From contig JBDOQK010000005.1 in NCBI GenBank assembly GCA_040437565.1, forward strand, positions 62,001-126,000: 64,000 nucleotides of DNA. The letters are read 5' to 3'. Origin of the DNA: Albugo candida. Taxonomy: Eukaryota. Positions 47,984 through 59,050 of this stretch are shown one piece after another (within the stretch, counting starts at the first letter, position 1; the number at the start of each line of letters is the position of its first letter). The translations under genes were made by a program, and so were the position numbers. The notes beneath the pieces were generated by a model. It had not been told where the DNA came from and made no database searches. It saw only the letters and a list, made by a program, of their open reading frames with translations.

Positions 47984-50900
47984 NNNNNNNNNNNNNNNNN
48001 NNNNNNNNNNNNNNNNNNNNNNNNNNNNNNNNNNNNNNNNNNNNNNNNNNNNNNNNNNNNNNNNNNNNNNNNNNNNNNNNNNNAATGTCAGCAAGAGTGG
48101 GACTTTTAGTGTCGTCCACACTTGCAGTTGCAGTTTCCTTTGGGTCACCCTGTGACGAGGCAACGACAGTACCACATGTACCACCGGTACCACATCCTAC
48201 AACGGTAGTACGGTATTACTCTGTACCGTCACACTGGGGGTGGGGGTACTTTCCACGTCATCACACAGGGGTGACGACTCATCAGCAATCATGCAATCAC
48301 CCAATACTGGGTGACTCATGAGGGTTGCCACGTCACACAAGTGGACGCTAGCATCCTGGGTTGTGTCGATATGTCGACTTGAACCATTGTTTTCGAGAGG
48401 AAAGAGTTGAAAAAAGTTGTTTTTTCAAGTTGTTTTTACTAAATTAGCGGGTTACTTAGTAGCCGGCAAGTTAAGAAGTAAGTCTCCTAGTTCAGCACAT
48501 GCTTTGCGGCACGGTCTTCTCGCATGTAGACGCGGTATCTTCTGTTTACTTCTTCAAAAGCAACAATGCAATTAGATGATGCCATTGCCAATATTCATTT
48601 TATCTGTGTCCGAAAAACCATTCATGAAGATCCCCAAGGGCAGATATGACTTAAGCTCGTCAGATATTTTGTTGGTGACGCTCTATCAGGGTTTTCGTTT
48701 GCTGGGCAAGCTACCAGTAAATTATGCTGCATATTGATCTGTTTCCCAGGAAAGTGTAACTAAAAAACTCTCGCAACGATCATGCACCTAGTCGAGGTCA
48801 TCATCGTCCGATTGATTTTTTTTGGTCTCTCTATCTCTTTCCTGGCTTCTTTCTTCATTCCGCTATCTGGCCACATCCGCTTCCTTACAAAAAAAGAAAT
48901 TTGTATGTCTTTCACCTAATCGGTTTGTAAAGCATCGATTCTGCAGTGATAATTTCTTTCTGGTCGACCGACAGTACTCACGATTTACTTGTTTCCAAGC
49001 CTATCTCCACGTCTATGATAATCGAATCTTTTCTTCACAAAGGATGCATTTTCCATCAAATCTACGTTGAGAGCAACGTTTTTCATATCGCATCTTACCT
49101 GTGCAAGCTGCACTACAATTTTCGTTAGCGAAGATCTAGAAGCAATTATATTGTAGTTTGAGCTTTCGCTGGTACACGTTCTAGCCTCTCACGACTGTCT
49201 GGTTTCCAAAAGCTATGATGGCCAGCGTCACAGTTCCTTCTTAGTATTTTACATCCTACTGCACGCAAATACCGACAGCATCTTCTAATTTATCAATTCA
49301 AATCTCATCTCCAACCAGGTGACGATCTTAACCGCTATTCAGGATCCAGAAATCGTCATTATATCACGAAACGTCCGGTATAGTCATTCAAGATCCACAT
49401 CATCGCTTCTAGACGTTTCGCTTTCGTACAGTTTGCCTTCAAATGTACCATTTTATTACGAATACAACTTGGTTTCATTTGTTTTGAAAGCTAAGGTCTT
49501 TACTTGAACTGACCACTTTCCTGTATAGCGTGTACTGACTGTATCAGACAGACACTCGGACAAGATGCGCCAGTTCTTCTGCTCACTTTGATACTCGAGT
49601 CAGAGATGATGCACGTTCGTTATTAGCACCATCATCATGTACCAAGAGGCATATTTAACAATATTGTTCTATAGCTAGGCAATTATTACGAAGCATCACT
49701 TGACGCTTCAACCACTGTTTTCGGGTACATTAAAAGGCTTGTCCACAACGCCTTGTTGTATCCTTATGGCGCAGGGTTATATGAGTGTCGGATACGTGTT
49801 ACGTCCGTTGATATTATACCTTCCGGATAAATGACCAAATAGGTGCACCATTACATCTTCGGGAAGAAAAACCGCACACCGATTCAGGTAGAAACATTCG
49901 TCTCAAAACTGTCTTCCATATTCCAGGAAATCGAACCCCGAGATTATTAGAACTCCCACCCGTCGAAAGTTTCATTCTTCTCTGCTTCTGTCATGCGATA
50001 TGATATCGAAACGCGGGTTGTATGCCATGAAAGCAGGTTCTGCCTTACCCATGACATAAATCTTTGGCGATCGAATTCACGTAGTCATATACAGCTGATG
50101 TCATCCCTTATTCCAAAGTTCATTTACGGCTTGCCTGTTAATAAATCCAAATGCATCCAGTAACCGCGCCTCAGAGCGGATTCATGAAGATTCGGAATAC
50201 CGTTTGGCACATCAGGGATTTTTATGACACCCTTCTAGACTTTGCACCCATCGCAACATTCTTTTGGAACTCAAATTATTACCCCTACCCAAGGCTACCC
50301 AAGTGACCAACCAGCCTCATATAAGCTATTCAGATACTCGCCATTCTCGTCTTGGCCGTTGCTCTTGTGACCTTGAGCTACTTATTCGCACAGTGCAGCA
50401 CCTTCGGTATTAATATTTTCCCTGATTGTTCGTATAACACTTCGTTCTTTTCGCAACTAGAATTTTAACGGTAGGAGAGTTGTTATAATAGTCAACCCTG
50501 CCATCGTGATCAAAATTCGCCACTGGTTTCATCACTGTTAGGTCTTGGTACGATCGTCACGGACACGACAGAGAAAAATCAAACGAAGAAGGCGATTTTC
50601 CAGAGTAAGTGATCTTTTTTACCGCAGTTCAAGAAAATACTTAAGATTTCGCTCACAGAATAAATGTTACCTAGCCCATGCATATCCACGTATAAAAAAG
50701 TAACTTATCAGATTAATCCTTTTGCTCCTGTGGAACTTTCGTCGTTTTATCTTCAAGTCTCTCAATTTCCAACAAATATTATATTACATAGCTTTTATTC
50801 TTAATCCGACTATTTTAAAAGATCTGGTACAATCTTATCATGGTGGATGAGCCGTATTGAACATAGACTAAATGCATCAGATATGGCTGAGGTACAATTT

Positions 50901-51464
50901 TCGGGTCAACTTCTTAATGAGCTAAATCAACTCATGCTTCGTATCTATTTGACGATCGCATCACTTGATCGCAGCCCGAGTGGCAGTCAGTGTACTTGTG
51001 AACACATGCAGATTTATAGCTGGAACTACTACCGCCACGGAACCAACAAAATCATCTCTTCCACACTGAACAGGCGTTGTGTGTGCTATCATGCCGATGT
51101 GCGATTGAACCTGAAAAAGCTTTAGCAGGTATAACCGATTTATGGCTTGCCTTATAGGTAGTGAGGTCTGAACCAGCCAAAATTGTCGTTTGCTTGTACG
51201 TTGGGCCCACACGATCAATCGTTTTGACGGCTGTGCTGCTGCCAAAACAAAAGCGAATTTAAATTGCATGCAAAGGTGCTGACTCGACGATCACTGCTGT
51301 GGGTACGGTGCCGGCATGTAGTAGAGCAAGTAGGAGGGTCAAGTAGGAGGGTCCGTACCCAGCTCGGTTAAGGGTGTTCACCCGTAGTACTTTTATTTGG
51401 ACACCATTCTGTTACTACAGTTTGGTGGTTATCTACTCTATTCTAATCACTAGTATGTAACGCT

Positions 51465-51483
51465 CTGAAGAGCCCGGTCCAAC
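51465..51483 (+). ncRNA. 5' half of a putative hammerhead ribozyme, truncated by an N-gap
   Basis: CTGAAGA core followed by GCCCGG-TCCAA-C, i.e. stem II 5' arm, loop and first base of the 3' arm. Confidence 0.4.
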
Positions 51484-51583
51484 NNNNNNNNNNNNNNNNN
51501 NNNNNNNNNNNNNNNNNNNNNNNNNNNNNNNNNNNNNNNNNNNNNNNNNNNNNNNNNNNNNNNNNNNNNNNNNNNNNNNNNNN

Positions 51584-53740
51584 GAAAATGAATTGTGGAA
51601 ATTCGTTCATCCAGTGGAAAAAGCTTCTGTACACTCCGTCGAGGGGTGTTCAACAGGATGATTCACTGTCCACTTTTCACTTTCTCATGACGATTGTGCG
51701 GAGGCATGAAAGACCAGGAATATGCATCACTCCAACGAATACAGCAACGACTTTGTTTTATGCGGACGACTCGACATTATTATCGTCTTCGCTCAGTGGA
51801 GTGGAGGCGCAGCTCAAGATTGTTCAGAAGTATTGCGATGGTTCAGGTGCAAAGCTTAACTTGTCCAAGTCCACTTTGCTCTCACTAAATCGACACCAAG
51901 TAGGTCAACCGTTTGCACATGTGAAAGTACTCTGACAGAGCGCGTCGGTGAAATATTTGGGAGCTCCATTCAGTCAATCACCCGTTGGTGATTTGATGAT
52001 CGAATTCTTATAAGATCGTTTTTATGGTGGATTCCGTCAGTGGTTTCGTCGAGCCAGAAGAGTTCGTGGAAGATTACTGGTGGCACAAACTATGGTGTTA
52101 TCACGTTTAGGGCATCTAACAACTCATTTTAACATCCCGCAACATTTTGTTCGACGCTGGCAATCGATGCTCAATCGATTCGTTTTGAGTCGGAAGTATG
52201 AGCGCGATTCAACACACGTTCAACTGATCAGGTCGGACTTCTTGTACCTACCTCATTCAGAGGGTGGCTTTCAGGTTCCGATTATCTCAACACAACTGAA
52301 GAAACAATGCTTCCAGATTTTACAACAATTTCTACTTCATTCCAGTACAGCTTTACCCAGCAACTGGACACTTCCTGGAATGGAGATCACACGATGCATT
52401 ATGTATTCGGTTCCACCAAAGTCATTGGGATCTTACCGACAAAAAACTATCACAACAGGAGCGATTTCTCACGATGTTGGTTGCTCCTATATGGTTTCAT
52501 ATCGACCCTCATCTGCATTTTTAGAAGAGATATTGGTCAACGAGTGTCTCTGCTCATCGTCGATGTCTGGGAATGGTGCCCGAACCAGCGCTTAGTTTTC
52601 GGATGCGCTTCGCTCAAGCGTTTCAAATACGGTCTTTACGTGACTTGTTTGGTGGAAGAACGGACTGGTTCGCCTCTGCTCTCGAATTCATTTCGCGTTT
52701 TAGTACAAGGGAGGTTGGAACAGCCGTCCGATTAGTCTCAATCGAAGTCTTTACGCCGGTTATACTTCGAAGCAACGCAAATTCTGCGACGAGCTCAACC
52801 TGATGGCGTATTACGCTGTCCCGTAAGGGAAATGGCACACGCTTATTTGGTTCACTTTGGCATTCACCTTTCGGACAAGAAGGTTTTTTTTTGATGATAC
52901 CTCGGAATCATCTTTATCAAGTCGTTGGGAAGGTATTGTCACCGGATAAACCACACCCCATGTTGCTCCACGTACCAGAACGTGATCGAAGCGGGACGTC
53001 AACATGGGTGAAAGATTTTTACAATTTATTTAAACGTCTTCGCAGACATTTGCTACCGATCTATTCGGATGTCCAGTTCCGACTATCCTTCTGTATGTTA
53101 CCAGCTCGAGTACGATTTTGGTTTTTGTAAAAATCACATCTAGAAATCATCCTGTGCACTCAGAAGCATTGTCGTGCGGTCAAAAGCTACCCGCATTTGT
53201 TTTTCGATTGCAAGAGGACAAGTTCAATTTAGGAGGAGCTCTTTTCGTCGTGGACAATCTTCTTTTCAGTTCGCCCGCGATGCTCGCACATCGCGAGTGC
53301 ACGGATTCCTCACTTCGTGATGCGTGGAAGCCTTGTCGAGTGGTCCTGGAGGATATTTGGTTACATTAGTCGCGTTCGCGATTCATTTTATTTGAACGGA
53401 TCGGAATAGCAGAATTTTCGCCCACGGCACTTCGACGCCAACTGCCCCAGCTGTTTCGGTGATTTATAGCAGACTGAGTGCCCAAATGCGCTATTTTTAA
53501 CGGCAGTGCTATGATACAGAGCGACCCGAGCAGTTGAAACAAAGTATAAGCGTCTTATCAACATACTGGTTCAGCCAGGAGGTATTTCTCTACTCGGCCC
53601 AGCCTGCTTCAAGCTCGACGCCGTCAACGATGCTAAGTCGGTGATGCTTGGCGTGTCTAGCTCAGTACTATCTTATTTCAGTCGCTGAGCCTCGCTGCGG
53701 CTTTCTAGACCAAAATTGCATCCAGTTTATTTATTTATTG
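51584..53740 (+). mobile_element. Decayed non-LTR (L1/Tx1-like) retrotransposon: RT C-half, zf-RVT and 3' UTR
   Basis: SRGVQQDDSLS (Q.G.PLS), FYADD, GSGAKLNLSKS, VKYLG, GRLLVAQTMVLSRL, EGGFQVP, ESYPHLFFDC; stops and frameshifts; TTTA-type tail near 53726-53739. Confidence 0.88.
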
Positions 53741-54807
53741 TAGTTTAGGCATTAGAGAAGTCATTTATGTCTAATTCTAGTAATATAGACAACTTTAACT
53801 AAGCCCCCGACGGAGTCCGGTCCGTACCCAGCTCAGTCGTTTAAGCACTTGAGCGCACGGACCTCCTGCCGGATGTCGTTTGTTCGATCCCCGGCAGTGT
53901 GGGCAGCGGTTTGAGCCTACCCAAGCAATAAGCTTGGAAGATATCTGCCTCCCTAGGTTTGAAGTCAGACTGAAGTGATATTTACACGGTCAGGGGATCA
54001 TGATAGGACAAGGAAGGTAGTTAAAGAACCAGATAAACAGTGTAATGAAATCCTTGACAAAGTAGAGCAAGTGCACCTACAAGCCTAGTTTTAGAAGGAG
54101 GGTGCGTTCAGCCTAGTGTGGTGGACTCCAAGCTGTAAAATACGGTACTTTTGTAACACAGTCTCGTGTTGTGGTGGCCTGAGGCAGCCGCAAGACAGGA
54201 CCTTAAGCTAGATCATATATTGTCATGATCTCTCACAGGTGACGCATTCCTCGGCTGTATATCATAATGATTTGAGGTAGCGTAGGCATTTGAAGCTATT
54301 TTACTTTTACAAAGCAGGTGCGTTCAAATCGTGGCGTTAGGTAATCGCAAAAAAGACAGTCAACGACGAGCCATATAATCAACTATCACAGGTAATTTGT
54401 GTAACTTTTATGTATGTCATTTATCATTCAACCACGGAAGTCATATTTGTTCAGATTTTAGTGATATTGACAACTTCAATTGAAATTTGATTGTATTTCA
54501 CGAGACGAAAAGAAAACGTCTTTTGTTTAGACTATTGCGATAGCCTACTTCTGTTGGAAAAAACACGCAGAAACAATATACAAAGCGAATGATTGCATAA
54601 ACTGCACGTTCGGGTTTGAATGATCTACCAAACTTGCATAATATGCGAGTGCGTAACTTTGAGCACCGATGTAATGCAGTACGGCTTCAAAATAATGTTC
54701 ATTAGGGNNNNNNNNNNNNNNNNNNNNNNNNNNNNNNNNNNNNNNNNNNNNNNNNNNNNNNNNNNNNNNNNNNNNNNNNNNNNNNNNNNNNNNNNNNNNN
54801 NNNNNNN

Positions 54808-55403
54808 CCTAGTGTGGTGGACTCCAAGCTGTAAAATACGGTACTTTTGTAACACAGTCTCGTGTTGTGGTGGCCTGAGGCAGCCGCAAGACAGGACCTT
54901 AAGCTAGATCATATATTGTCATGATCTCTCACAGGTGACGCATTCCTCGGCTGTATATCATAATGATTTGAGGTAGCGTAGGCATTTGAAGCTATTTTAC
55001 TTTTACAAAGCAGGTGCGTTCAAATCGTGGCGTTAGGTAATCGCAAAAAAGACAGTCAACGACGAGCCATATAATCAACTATCACAGGTAATTTGTGTAA
55101 CTTTTATGTATGTCATTTATCATTCAACCACGGAAGTCATATTTGTTCAGATTTTAGTGATATTGACAACTTCAATTGAAATTTGATTGTATTTCACGAG
55201 ACGAAAAGAAAACGTCTTTTGTTTAGACTATTGCGATAGCCTACTTCTGTTGGAAAAAACACGCAGAAACAATATACAAAGCGAATGATTGCATAAACTG
55301 CACGTTCGGGTTTGAATGATCTACCAAACTTGCATAATATGCGAGTGCGTAACTTTGAGCACCGATGTAATGCAGTACGGCTTCAAAATAATGTTCATTA
55401 GGG
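54808..55403. repeat. Gap-flanking duplicate of 54112-54707
   Basis: Offset 696; includes the 3' end of the 55241-55726 gene. Confidence 0.9.
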
Positions 55404-55726
55404 GCTGTCGATGATAAATAAGATTTTGCAATCTTGCGAATCTCCTGGGCCGAACTTTGCGCGTCTTTTATAAACAATGTTTTGACGATACCTTGAATAA
55501 GTTTTTGGAATTTCGACGCTTGACACTTCTCATTACATTCAGGTGGAGGTGGAGTTCTCAATCCGTTGTATAACGTAGCAGGAATCATGGGGCATGACTT
55601 TGAGCGACGTACCGTTGATCCGAAATCAACATTAATGGGAGTTGGTCGTAGCGAGTCCGCTGAGCCCTTGACGTTGGTTGTAGCGGAAGCGATAAGCCCG
55701 ACGACGATGAGAGCGATAGAGACCAT
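55241..55726 (-). CDS. Small secreted Cys-containing protein (161 aa), candidate effector, family member C
   Basis: ATG 55726 gives a signal-peptide-like MVSIALIVVGLIASATTNVKG|S; 4 Cys; intronless; INR-like GTTCATTCTCAAATAT upstream. Confidence 0.8.
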   Translation of the reverse strand: MVSIALIVVGLIASATTNVKGSADSLRPTPINVDFGSTVRRSKSCPMIPATLYNGLRTPPPPECNEKCQASKFQKLIQGIVKTLFIKDAQSSAQEIRKIAKSYLSSTAPNEHYFEAVLHYIGAQSYALAYYASLVDHSNPNVQFMQSFALYIVSACFFQQK

Positions 55727-56630
55727 TGATGGAGTTGCTGCTGATTGTATATTTGAGAATGAACAGAACAAAAGGAAACTTTACTCAAGTATAGTCCATG
55801 GCAATGGCGCTTCCATTGCATTATCAGCTGTTCATTGATCTTCTATAAGTTGTATCTAGCTCGAATGCATAGGGAGTTGAGATCGCATTAGCTCACTTGC
55901 ATAGGGAAGGGTTCGACATTACTACGTTCGATCTCGCTTATTACTTAGAGAGTAATCTCGTCTGATGCAAGCTCTCTCGATGATCCACCCATCATTTTGG
56001 GAGACATGTACTTTCCTCTTTCCTCACCAACAGCAGCGGTACGAGTATCCTCATAGGAATGCGCCCCCATCTTCACATATCAAGCGATGAGTACACCATC
56101 AATCCGACTATCATGGTTTTTTCCACTTCGTTGCTTTGAAACAAGATAGAAACGTGAAATGCAGCACTGTTCTGTAGTGAGGAAAGGCGTTCTTTCCATC
56201 CAGCCTAAACCCTTTATAGATTAAGTGTATCTGATCTTACAAGTACTTAGCCTCAATGTAGCCAAAAAAATGACAGAGGTGGCACTCAAATTGTATAGGA
56301 CAGGTCCGCCAATAAATGTTGGTCATTACTTACTCAGCAACTCGTCTGTAATGTAAATATGTACAATGTCCCACCCATTACGCTCAATAATGTTAACGTA
56401 CTTCTCATTACGCTTAATAACCTGATCTCGCAGTTTTGTAAAAAAGCGCTCACGGTACCCACACCGTGAAAGAAAATATGTCCTCTTTTTTTTTAGCTGG
56501 CGAGAACGCATACTTTCCTGAGGACGAGCTNNNNNNNNNNNNNNNNNNNNNNNNNNNNNNNNNNNNNNNNNNNNNNNNNNNNNNNNNNNNNNNNNNNNNN
56601 NNNNNNNNNNNNNNNNNNNNNNNNNNNNNN

Positions 56631-58620
56631 ATGTAGCTGAATCGACATATAGAAACGGCTCAGCTCGTTGGTGCTTTTTAAATGCCATAATGAAGCCACT
56701 CATGTCGGAAGTGTCCAGAACCATGCGATACTTGACGCTTCTTCTGACTCGAATAAGCACATCCACCTTACCTTTCCAAGCTTATTGCAAACAGAAGCTG
56801 CATGGAATCTTTCAGCTTATATGTCATTTGTGTACGAGATTAATATTGGAAATATGATTCCCACATGCAGCGACGGATTTTGAATCGACTATATTGCTTT
56901 TACAATCTCAAGATCCGAATTGCTACAGGTTAACATTGTCCATTATACAATGATACAGTATCGAGGATTCTTTTCATTTTCTGCTTTGCTTGAAATCACA
57001 CGGTGGAAAAGCAATATCGAAATATTTGTCAAACGTATTCGTGCGAAAAGAAAGAGCTCAAATACGAGCACTTTGTTATGGCTCGTGCAAGAGGGACCCG
57101 GGCTGTCTTCTGCAACATGTAATCCATCCAAAACTGTCTAATCACGTGCTGAGACCAACGTTTTTCAACCACAGTAGAAACAATGATGACTAGCACAGAA
57201 CAATCATTGATAGAGGAGTGGACAATGACAACGGATAGCCATCTCTAGTTGTCGAATTACAAATTTTATGCAAAGAACATGCCGTAGATCCTGGCGTGAG
57301 CAATAAAGCTACAGTTTATGTTGGGCAAGATTATTTAGTAGACCAGATACAAAGAAATCTCATTTGCTTGACTTCCTGATCTGGGCGTACGCAGACTTAC
57401 TTAAAGCAGCTGACGCAACACAAACAAGTTCCTACACCACATTTTCGAATGGTTTATCCAGCACAACGATCGATCAATATAGAATTTCTGGTATTATGCA
57501 ATGTCTCACATATTTGACACAGTTTGCTACGCGCCAAGCATATCCAGGTCATCCCAGTCTACTTTGCGACAGTATTGCGATTCATCTCAAACCTGGCAAA
57601 GATAACTCAGTCAATAGAAATATCAAATCGTATCAGTGGAAATACTTTACAGCTCAAATTAAGAGTTAAGTTGGAACAAAGGCTAGGACTCTTATTTCTT
57701 CCACCAGATCTAATGTCATGGCGACATCAACGTAAATTGCGATCTCTAGATATGAGTCTAGATATAATGTACCGCAAACAAAACGAAATTCTTGCTTTCA
57801 CACCAGATTCAACGGAATTCCAAACAGTAGATCCGGATGATGACGTTATAGTATGGATGACACAAATTATCAACCCATAGGTGGACTGAGAGATCGAGAT
57901 AAGGCAACCCGGTGGTTACACCGACGATACTGTGCTTTCAGCACTGGAATTGTTTAATCCAAGCGAAGTGGTAGTGGCCAGCAGTGTCGAAGCCTTGCGC
58001 TAGCAGAACTTGCTTGACGCAGTCTCCTACTTGCGCAAATCTGTGCGTACACAGTTGATCGATGTTCGATGTGGCGCAAGCGACAGAGATTACCATGCAC
58101 GAGATGCAGCTTGCTATAGTTGATAGTGTTAAAATCGACTGACGTTCAAGTGTGGACATGGGAAGCTCGAGGAGATTTCATTTCTTAGTTTGATGTGTGC
58201 CCTCTTTTCTACCAATCAGTAAGCATCACCATCCAAGCCGTTAGGGTTTTGGAAATATTGTTGGATGTAGTGACCACCTCATTTAAGACTCCCCGTACTG
58301 ATGTTTTGTCCGTGCTTACGAGCCATCTCAATTCTGCCCTAGATCAACCAGATCCTTGCCTCTACCATGCTTATCAATCGTTTTTTCGACCGTGTAGTCA
58401 ATTGTCCCAGCAGTATCAGCTGCATTTTAGGAATTCATTGGACGCCAAGGTCATGCAAAGCTTCCGAAATGTATCGACATTTTGACCCGTGCCAATTACT
58501 TTGCTGTATCAAATATTCGTCAGCTCACGCGTACTGCTCGGTCACTTATTTTATAGCGAAGTCTTCAGCATATCGCTATGCATTTTTAGATGATTTGCCA
58601 AGATACAAATTTTCGCATTA
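56631..58620 (+). pseudogene. Possible decayed Cys-modular (CCG-like) gene
   Basis: Broken ORFs contain HSCRKC (56697-56714), CLKSHGGKAIS..VFV..LCYGSCK (from 56987), QCLTYLTQFA and PCQLLCCIKYSSAH. Confidence 0.25.
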
Positions 58621-59050
58621 GCATGTCTCCATCCGGAAGCTTTCAACCATAGCTATGGGCTGGGTTGTCAAGAATTTATTACACAGTTTATCTGGTTATT
58701 CAACTACGTTCCTTAATCTATCATGAGCCTCTGACCGTGTAAATATCACTTCAGTATGGCATTAAACCGATGATTTTCCAGGCTTTCTTGCTTGGGTAGG
58801 CTCAAATCGCTGCCCATACTTCCAGGTACCAAACCAACGACCTCCGGTAGGGGATCCGCTTGCTCAGCTCAATGTGTCTAATATTACTAGAGTTAGACTA
58901 AGTGACTTATCTAGTTGCCTAGGCTATCCTGAGTAATAGATATCCATAGANNNNNNNNNNNNNNNNNNNNNNNNNNNNNNNNNNNNNNNNNNNNNNNNNN
59001 NNNNNNNNNNNNNNNNNNNNNNNNNNNNNNNNNNNNNNNNNNNNNNNNNN

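Noticed and set aside
53808-53885. HDV-like ribozyme (ACC-TCCTGCC-GGA)
   Set aside because: P3 and P1 contain mismatches, and the P1.1 GG and the P2 closure are not found
54545-54707. Fourth copy of the secreted-protein family
   Set aside because: It is the gap-flanking duplicate of the 3' end of the 55241-55726 gene
56326-56766. 146-aa minus-strand ORF
   Set aside because: It spans a 100-N gap, so the halves may be unrelated; the C-terminal fragment is unassignable
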